Positions 6,762-13,605 of a DNA stretch of 13,605 nucleotides are shown here, one piece after another. Position numbers and translations under genes: made by a program. The notes under the pieces were generated by a model. That model was not told where the DNA came from and did no database searches. It worked only from the letters and a program-made list of their open reading frames with translations. Positions within the stretch are counted from its first letter, which is position 1; the number at the start of each line of letters is the position of its first letter. Source of the DNA: an uncultured archaeon (GTDB taxonomy: Archaea; Altiarchaeota; Altiarchaeia; IMC4; SCGC-AAA252-I15); contig CABMCB010000028.1 in NCBI GenBank assembly GCA_902384455.1, positions 1 to 13,605 on the forward strand, in the 5' to 3' direction.

Positions 6762-7792
6762 TCAGCCACCCCCGTCATTTTGGCGTATGCGTGTTTCATT
6801 TCAGTGGTCCACTTGTGGTCAATGCACCACCTAAAGATGTTGAATCTGTCGAGGTTACCAAGTTGGTTGTAGGCGTCCGCGATACTGCGGAGTTCCAGGC
6901 CTTCGCCCTTAAAGAGTTCGGGATAGCAAACATACAAGATAATCTTGTAGTCCTTGTACTTCTCTTTAATCTTTGGAAGCAGGCTCTTAAAGACGATGGT
7001 GTCCCCCATACCACAGTCCAGGACAAAACACTTCTCTTTCTTCGGTACTCCCACCCCATACTCCCGAAGGCGCTCTCGGAAGAGCTTTTCATCATTGTCC
7101 CAATCCTGTTGTTTCCCAGCGGCTCGAATGCCTCCCACCCCCGACCTGAAATGATAAGTCACTGCCGCACTATCCACAATGAGTCGGTATTTCTTCTTAA
7201 AGATACCATAGGAGTGTAGGGTTTCCTCACGGTGGGCTACGGGGCTAAGGTCCCTTTCAAAGCTGTTGATTCCCTTGCGATAAAGGTAGGAGCTGTAGAG
7301 GTGTTCTACTTCCTTGACACCCTTCCAGCGAAACCACTGACAGTTTGCACGGTCGATGCTGTTAAGGGTATTGGGAAGAACTTCCATCCTGGGAGCGTCT
7401 GGGGGAATGACCAACCCAGCCACAGCGCCTACCGGATGCTTTCCAGGTTTATTTACGAAGTGTGATTCTAAAATCTGAAGGACGTTGGGCTCAGCAATCT
7501 CGTCATCGTCAATTCTCCACACCAAGTCCAAGGCTTTTTCCTGGATTAGCTGGTGACCGACGTGCTGCCCTCGTCTCTGGCCGAACTCAACCCCCCATTC
7601 AATGCCCTTGGTGTTGAGTAGGGTGAAGATGTACTGGTATGTCTGAATCTCCCGAAGGTCTTTAGGGTTGGAAGAATCGTCGTAGATGATGAGCCTATCC
7701 GGCTTTCGAGTCTGCGTGATAACAGACATCAAAGTCATGGGGAGAAGCTCGTAGCGGTCTTTGGTAGGAATGCCTACGGTGATATGGGCCAT
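6758..7792 (-). CDS. GT2 (GT-A) glycosyltransferase with a C-terminal GT9-like N-domain, 344 aa
   Basis: ITVGIPTKDR, IIYDDSS, DxD motif WRIDDDE and HREET. The C-terminal ~90 aa (6758-7035) VLDCGMGDTIVFKSLLPKIKEKYKDYKIILYVCYPELF resembles the GT9 N-terminal (G/S)xGD motif. TAATG overlap with the upstream gene. Confidence 0.82.
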   Translation of the reverse strand: MAHITVGIPTKDRYELLPMTLMSVITQTRKPDRLIIYDDSSNPKDLREIQTYQYIFTLLNTKGIEWGVEFGQRRGQHVGHQLIQEKALDLVWRIDDDEIAEPNVLQILESHFVNKPGKHPVGAVAGLVIPPDAPRMEVLPNTLNSIDRANCQWFRWKGVKEVEHLYSSYLYRKGINSFERDLSPVAHREETLHSYGIFKKKYRLIVDSAAVTYHFRSGVGGIRAAGKQQDWDNDEKLFRERLREYGVGVPKKEKCFVLDCGMGDTIVFKSLLPKIKEKYKDYKIILYVCYPELFKGEGLELRSIADAYNQLGNLDRFNIFRWCIDHKWTTEMKHAYAKMTGVAE

Positions 7793-9822
7793 TAGACCTT
7801 CTCGTATTTGAGGTTTCTTCCAAACACGTCTTCGCCATTGGCGATTCTTTGGGCGATGACTACGGGATTCTTGAATTCTGGCTTGTTGTACTCTTGGTGA
7901 GCTGTATCTTCAATCTTCTTGATGATACGAGTTACGTCCCCGAAGTAGGACAGGTGCTTACCTGCGTTGGGAATTTGAGGGGCGTCGTGACTGTACCGAG
8001 CACCACAGGGAGTCAGTTCCTTGAGCTTCTTGTAAGTAAGAATCTTTCCCTCGAACCACATGTCCTTGGCTCGGGTGTGCTCATCGTAGTAGTACAAGTC
8101 CATTTCAAGCGACCGGATTCCATCCTCGGGCTTGAAGCTCTTGATAGCTTCTGGTGTAGGGATTTCATCACAGTCCGAAACAACAATGATGTCGTTGTCC
8201 TGGCAGGTGACCAAGCCGTTCATGATGAAGTTGCGTTGGTACCGTTCCAGAGCCCACGCATCCGAGGTATCGGGAAACTTCTCCACCACTAAGTACGTAA
8301 TCTTGTCCAAGTACTTAGAAAAGCGATTCAGGTTGTTGTGGAAGGTAAGGTCTTTGGGCTTGTTGGCATGGGTAAACAAAGCTTCGACAATGACGAAACG
8401 GTCCACTGTGCTGTAGAGCTCCGTCAAACGGCGTTCGAGAATATCAAGCTCGTTGTTGAACGGGAAGCAGTCGAAGATGCAAGGAGGGCGAAGGCTCTCA
8501 GACTGTTTGATGTCCTTTTTCTCGCAGTACCAGATTGTCGTGGCGTCCCCGCAGTAGACGTTCTCCAGGCATTTGTAGACGGCCTTGTTGACGCCCTCCC
8601 AGGCTCCCAAGTCGTGTCCACAGAAGATACCGCCATCCGCCAGGACCGAACCCCAAGCTTTGATGTCCTGGGTGAGTTCTTCTTCCGTGTGCCCAGCGTC
8701 AATGAAAATCATGTCCGCTTTGAGCCCCTTCTCCTTGAAGAAGTCGGCAGCGTTCTTGGAGGACATGCGGATAGGGATTATCTTTCCTTGAGATACAAGG
8801 TCGATGTTCCCCTGGAAGAACTCGTAAATGGCGTGGTCACCATCACGCATCTTGGCAGAAGCATGGTTGGTGTTCTGTTCCGCAACACTCCCATTCCAGG
8901 TGTCGACACAATATACGACACCCCCCTCCATCGAGTTGTCCCCGAGGGCACGAGAGGACTTTCCGTGCCAAGACCCTACTTCGATAATAACCTTGCGCTT
9001 CTTGGCTTCGGTAGCCAGCCACTTAAGTTCGATTTCACTCATGAAGCCGTCCAGCAGTTTGGCTCTTTCAATATCCACAACTTCAGTGAGGTGGGTGGCA
9101 GGAACTCTCACTTCAGGGGAGGTGGCTTTTTTCGCCCCTGAATTGTATCGAGTACGAAGAATCTCATTGTTCTTCTTGAGAAGCTCTTCTCCGCCCGTCC
9201 AGTTCTTGAAGGTGACATTCCCTTTGTGGAAGATGGGGAACTGCCCAACCATCTGCTTGGAGTTGTCATTGGCATAAGTGTTGGAAGGACACACCTGGAT
9301 AATCTTAAACCCAGCGTCCTGAATCTTGCAGCAGAAATCAGTGTCTTCACCGTAGCCTGGGCTGAAGATTTCATCCAAGATTCCGAAGCGGTCGAACATT
9401 TCCCGCTTGATGCAAACACAAAACCCAATGAGAAAGTCTCGGTCAGCTTCGGGGCAGTGAGTCAGCATAGGGCCCGTCATACCTACCGTAGAGTCAGAGA
9501 AAGGCTCCAGGAGGATATCAACCCACTTATTAAACGGAGGGTAGATTACGGTGTCATTGTTGAGGAGGATGATATAGTCACCCGCAGCTCTTACGATTCC
9601 TGCGTTTGTGGACTTGGTATAGCCCATACCTTCATCAAACCATACGAGATTGAATGGTTCCCCTAGGCTTTCAACATACTCCTTAGTGTTGTCTTTACAC
9701 CCGTTGGCCACCACGATAATCTCGGTTTGGGTAAGGTCCGTATTTGCCTTGAGAGACTCTAGGCAAGGCTTTAGTAGGTCCTCACAGTGGTTGTAGGTCG
9801 GAATGACAACGGAGACTTTCAT
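7792..9822 (-). CDS. Tri-domain fusion: GT2 glycosyltransferase + class I SAM methyltransferase (Methyltransf_24-like) + GT17 (MGAT3-like beta-1,4-GlcNAc transferase), 676 aa
   Basis: GT2 (~9140-9822): VSVVIPTYN, LLNNDT, GYGEDTDFC. MTase (~8510-9075): IEVGSWHGKSS, CVDTW, MIFIDAGH, GGIFCGHD. GT17 (~7792-8480): IFDCFPFNNELDILERRLTELY...FVIVEA...ERYQRN...SDCDEIP...HLSYFG...KIEDTAHQE. Confidence 0.88.
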   Translation of the reverse strand: MKVSVVIPTYNHCEDLLKPCLESLKANTDLTQTEIIVVANGCKDNTKEYVESLGEPFNLVWFDEGMGYTKSTNAGIVRAAGDYIILLNNDTVIYPPFNKWVDILLEPFSDSTVGMTGPMLTHCPEADRDFLIGFCVCIKREMFDRFGILDEIFSPGYGEDTDFCCKIQDAGFKIIQVCPSNTYANDNSKQMVGQFPIFHKGNVTFKNWTGGEELLKKNNEILRTRYNSGAKKATSPEVRVPATHLTEVVDIERAKLLDGFMSEIELKWLATEAKKRKVIIEVGSWHGKSSRALGDNSMEGGVVYCVDTWNGSVAEQNTNHASAKMRDGDHAIYEFFQGNIDLVSQGKIIPIRMSSKNAADFFKEKGLKADMIFIDAGHTEEELTQDIKAWGSVLADGGIFCGHDLGAWEGVNKAVYKCLENVYCGDATTIWYCEKKDIKQSESLRPPCIFDCFPFNNELDILERRLTELYSTVDRFVIVEALFTHANKPKDLTFHNNLNRFSKYLDKITYLVVEKFPDTSDAWALERYQRNFIMNGLVTCQDNDIIVVSDCDEIPTPEAIKSFKPEDGIRSLEMDLYYYDEHTRAKDMWFEGKILTYKKLKELTPCGARYSHDAPQIPNAGKHLSYFGDVTRIIKKIEDTAHQEYNKPEFKNPVVIAQRIANGEDVFGRNLKYEKV

Positions 9823-9901
9823 GTAAGTTCCTTTGAATTGACAATTTCAAGCAGGAGTGTTATACACTCGGTATTTGTCTGGTGTAAAATACAAAATAAA
9901 A

Positions 9902-10183
9902 TTAGGATGTAGCTGAAACACCAACAAAAAGGCCATTTTGAGAATTATCTTCAAAAGACGCTTTGTTTTCCGTAATCCAGTCACTCAACCAAGAAGAGCA
10001 CTCGTTAGTTGTACTGAAAGTTGAAATAGGAACAGTCACTGTATACCCAAGGTAGCTTCCTCCAATATCAACAGAAATAGAGATATAATAGTTCGTTCCG
10101 TCATCCGCACAACTGGTAATGGTTGCCGTGTATTTTACTTTTTTCTTCGATGCCACGGTACTCTCCGTTTTAGTTGGTGCCAT
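9902..10183 (-). CDS. Hypothetical protein, 93 aa
   Basis: ATG with GGAG RBS, 15 nt after the fibre gene stop. Ser/Thr-rich and visibly AT-richer than the left arm. No motif recognised. Confidence 0.7.
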   Translation of the reverse strand: MAPTKTESTVASKKKVKYTATITSCADDGTNYYISISVDIGGSYLGYTVTVPISTFSTTNECSSWLSDWITENKASFEDNSQNGLFVGVSATS

Positions 10184-10198
10184 TAAAGCACTCCGGTA

Positions 10199-13100
10199 TT
10201 AGGTTTCCCTTGTTTTAACTGTTACGTAGAGACGACCAACCGCGTTAATGTGTGTAGTGGTATCTGTTTCGTTAGTGAACTGAATTCCCCAGGCCTGATT
10301 TGCTGTAAGGGCGAGAGACAGACCTGTGACACTTCCAGTAAAGAGTGCGTTGGTTCCAAGATTGTTATTAGTTTGAACACTTGCCAGAGGGGTGATGTTG
10401 ATGCGTTGTGTTGACACCAAGGTGCGTCCGCCAACTTGGTTTGTGTAGATGTCGATACGGACGGAAGCGGAAGCACCGACAGGTGTCGAGTTAATAGCTG
10501 CCTGGCAGCAAGTTAAGCTGATGTCTGTAATGTTACAGTTGGCGAGAGCAACATAAGGGTCGAGAGCTCCGTTCTCGATGTTATTCGAGGGGTCTGTTGT
10601 TGGGTAAGGTTGAGTAGACCCCGCAGCTTTATTCATTAAGCCAGTAGTGCTATTAGCTTGGCTACTGAGAGAGAAGTGCCAATACCCAACACTTTGACCC
10701 ACACCGGAGTATCCAGAATACCCAGAGGTACCAGCACCGCTGTATCCAGAATATCCAGACGGGCCAGAATATCCCGAGTACCCCGAGATACCAGAGCCAG
10801 AGTACCCACTGAATCCGGAAGGTCCCGAGTAGCCAGAATATCCAGACGGGCCAGAATATCCAGAGTACCCACTGAAACCAGAAGGTCCAGAATACCCAGA
10901 GTATCCGGAGAGGCCGCTGTATCCAGAGTACCCAGACTGGCCGGTATAGCCGCTGTATCCGGACTGACCTGTGTATCCGGACTGACCTGTGTATCCGGAG
11001 TATCCAGATGGGCCAGAATATCCGGAGTATCCAGACGGACCCGAGTAGCCAGAATACCCAGACTGTCCTGTGTAACCAGAGTACCCGGAATCACCGGAAT
11101 AGCCGGAGTATCCGGAAAATCCTGTGTATCCAGAGTATCCGCTTGCAGAGGGGTAGAGGTCCGGATACATGTAAGAGAAGTCCGAAGAGTTGATGAGAGT
11201 GAACTGGGCCGGAGAAGATGTACGAATGTTTTGTCCGTGGATAATCCCTGTTCCAGTAGAGAATGTAGACCCTTCTGCATTGACAAGGGACACATTGGAC
11301 ATGGTGCAGTAGATGTTTCCAGGGGAAGGCTGGGCGAACCCTCCAATAACTTCCAGGGAGTTTGTCTGAACAAAATCCGTATTAAGGACATGGCTGAGAT
11401 TAAACGACCCCAAGGTATTCATTGTCGAGTAAGCTGAGGTGTTAATCACTCGACAGTTGTAGAGAATACCTTCAAAATCGGCCATGATGGTATTCGAACC
11501 GTCAACGGGAGTAGAGCCCGTTGTTTCGAAAACGCTGTCCGAGTAGTAATTTCCGTTCCTGCTGGAAGTGAATCCACCGTCGAATCGGAAGTTTGAATTC
11601 AGTACTGTAATCTCAGACGACTCTGTCCACAGGTTACATCCGTAAGTTGTTACAGTAGCTGTATCAACCGAGCACCTGTCAATCAAACCGCGAGTAGCAA
11701 AGCCCACGACCTTTTGGAAGACATTACCAATCCCGTTCTGTCCCGATGTGAGCCACGTAAATCTGCAGCTTTGAAAGACACCGCCCGCGAAGTCTTGAAC
11801 CATGATTTCGTTATTAGTGGCGGTTGAGTCAAGAATGCAGTCCGTGAATTGAGCTGCTGCATAGCCGAGACAGGATTGAGTGCTTTCAATCACGCAGTTA
11901 TCAAAACGGACTTTGGCACTCCAGATGTATTTACGAGCACCAGCACCGTCAATAAAATAGTCTTGAATGACAGGGCCATTTGCGTACACCGCACAGTCGT
12001 AAAGAGTAGACCCTGTATACTTGATAGTCAGGTTACTGATTTGATTTTCTGCATTTACGGAATCGTTGATGTTGAGGACGTTTGTTACCGAACTTGTAAT
12101 AACGGTAGTATCGGGGTCTTGACCAATGAGGTCGATGTAAGCTCCGTTAGTCAGTGCCGTCAGGTCTAAGTTTTCATTATAGATGCCGGGAAGAATGAAG
12201 GCTGCTCCGTGTTGAGTAGCCGACAAAGAAAGCGTGTCCAGATAGGTAATGGCAGCGCCGATGGTGAGGTAAGGTCCTCCCACGTTTCCATCATTGCCTG
12301 TTTGGGAAACAACAACAAAGAACCCATTGAGTCCCGTACCGGAGTAACCGCTGAATCCGCTGTACCCAGAGTATCCAGACTTTCCAGTATAACCACTGTA
12401 CCCAGAAGGCCCGGAGTATCCAGAATATCCACTGTAACCAGACTGGCCGGTATAACCACTGTAACCTGACCATCCCGTATAGCCGCTGTAGCCGGACTGA
12501 CCTGTGTAGCCACTGTAGCCGGACTGACCTGTGTAACCACTGTATCCAGAGTATCCAGATGGCCCGGAGTATCCAGAATACCCGGAAGGTCCAGAGTATC
12601 CAGAATAACCAGACTTCCCTGTATACCCACTGTAACCTGACTCACCTGTGTAGCCACTGTAACCGCTGTGACCCGATGTTCCAGTATATCCGGAGTAACC
12701 AGAAACACCAGAACCACTGTAACCCGAGTAGCCCGATGCTCCCGACCCACCCGCGATAGCTGCGACCACGAAAGAAACAGAACGTGGAGTAAAGGTGATA
12801 CCGTCAACCGTGTAGCTCTTCATGAAAAGTTCGAGGTAATCACCCGAATTGACTGAAGCTACACCGACAGAAGCTACGGTAGTGAGAATTCCTGGAACAG
12901 ACTGAGTATCGACTTCAAAGCCATCAAACGAACTTCCGTTGTTATAGACTTTCAATTCAAGCAAATCAGCCGTCAGTGAATCTGTAGAGTATACAACGGT
13001 AGCAATGATGGCATAAACGCCTGTAGAGTTACAAGTCAGTTTTCCGTTTACGGCATCTTGGGTCCAACCGTTTGTTTCTCCGAGCTGCCAAGGAAGAGTT

Positions 13101-13605
13101 GAGCCGAGCTGGTAGTAGGTACCATGCGTTGTAAACGCAACGGTATTCGTTGTGTTGTCGTCAAAGTACAATTCAGAGTAAGCGGCAGCACCTGTAGTTC
13201 CTGCAGGACCTTGAGGGCCACTGTATCCGGAATACCCAGAGAAACCACTCTCGCCTTGGTAACCGCTATATCCAGACGTACCAGAGCCAGAGTAGCCGCT
13301 GTATCCGGAAACACCCGAGCCAGAATAGCCGGAGTACCCAGACTGACCTGTGTAACCACTGTATCCAGAATGGCCAGAGTACCCGGAATATCCGAATCCT
13401 GAGTAGCCGCTGTATCCGGGAACACCCGAGCCGGAGTAACCACTATACCCGGAGGGTCCAGAGTAACCGGAGTATCCAGAAGGACCAGAATAGCCGGAGT
13501 AACCCGATTAACCCGAATACCCGGACAGGCCAAGTCCAGAATATCCAGAATCACACCAATAGCAGCAGTATCCGGAAACGAAAGAACCAGAGTAGCAGGA
13601 GTAAC
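10199..13605 (-). CDS. Large collagen-like (Gly-Tyr-Ser repeat) fibre/receptor-binding protein with C1q/BclA-like and pectin-lyase-like beta-helix domains; 5'-partial
   Basis: The frame of the 990-aa ORF stays open upstream of the TTG at 13171 to 13507 (at least 1102 aa). The SGY pattern continues in frame past a lone TAA (13508-13510) to the window end. C1q/BclA-like domain ~12755-13190 (GKLTCNSTGVYAIIATV...VNSGDYLELFM); beta-helix ~11150-12325 (VSQTGND...PYLTIGAAI...ILPGIYNENL...IDLIGQDPDTTVI); C-terminal beta-rich domain ~10199-10690. Confidence 0.85.
10700..11140 (-). repeat. Coding (Gly-Tyr-Ser)n triplet tract 3
   Basis: SGYSGYTGFSGYSGYSGDSGY...SGYSGYSGVG. Includes an exact 18-bp tandem duplication (ggactgacctgtgtatcc) near 10961-10996. 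Confidence 0.95.
12335..12740 (-). repeat. Coding (Gly-Tyr-Ser)n triplet tract 2
   Basis: SGASGYSGYSGSGVSGYSGYTGTSGH...SGFSGYSGTG. Near-exact 27-bp tandem units at about 12488-12541. Confidence 0.95.
13190..13605 (-). repeat. Coding (Gly-Tyr-Ser)n triplet tract 1 (truncated by the window end)
   Basis: Manual translation: ...SGYSGYSGPSGYSGYSGPSGYSGYSGSGVPGYSGYSGFGYSGYSGHSGYSGYTGQSGY...GPQGPAGTTGAA, ending in classical collagen triplets GPQ-GPA. Confidence 0.92.

Noticed and set aside
108-9822. Stop-codon reassignment (TAG to Gln), suggested by the presence of a tRNA-Gln
   Set aside because: The anticodon is UUG, not CUA. Genes are intact and tightly packed under code 11, and TAG terminates genes at 108 and 1797.
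6333-9822. Host LPS/capsule locus or DNA-hypermodification cluster
   Set aside because: No flippase, polymerase, sugar-nucleotide synthesis or base-hydroxymethylase genes are in view, and the operon lies between fibre and lysis genes. These alternatives are disfavoured but not fully excluded.
10636-13554. Alternative-frame repetitive ORFs (LDILDT..., VTVVT..., SRISRR...)
   Set aside because: By-products of the stop-poor GYS codon repeat.
13508-13605. In-frame TAA and a Cys/Trp-rich variant of the repeat (SCYSG...YCCYWCD), suggesting a pseudogene, readthrough or targeted hypermutation
   Set aside because: The changes cluster in the last ~100 nt, and several are Gly/Ser codons altered by substitution to T. 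This fits low-quality terminal bases better than biology. Read data are needed to settle it.

Overview
A 13.6-kb fragment that reads as part of a tailed dsDNA phage or prophage genome. This is inferred from gene content, since no capsid or terminase is in view. All supported genes lie on the minus strand. In transcription order (right to left) they are: a >1100-aa fibre-like protein in which three (Gly-Tyr-Ser)n collagen-like tracts alternate with a C1q/BclA-like domain, a pectin-lyase-like beta-helix and a C-terminal beta domain (5' end cut by the window); a small hypothetical gene; a translationally coupled glycosylation operon (GT2-methyltransferase-GT17 fusion, GT2 carrying a GT9-like N-half, stand-alone GT9-like C-half); an amidase endolysin and holin-like membrane protein; a multi-beta-sandwich putative virion protein; a divergent SNF2 helicase; an iteron-like repeat block; a short replisome-organiser-like protein; tRNA-Gln(UUG); a 50-aa ORF; a DUF932 protein; a MazG-like pyrophosphatase; and a candidate structured RNA. 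The strongest candidate for a new system is the Ser/Tyr-rich collagen-like fibre next to a dedicated glycan-building and methylating operon, a possible virion-fibre glycosylation system. Both window ends look like low-quality contig ends. All family assignments come from reading motifs by eye; no searches were run.
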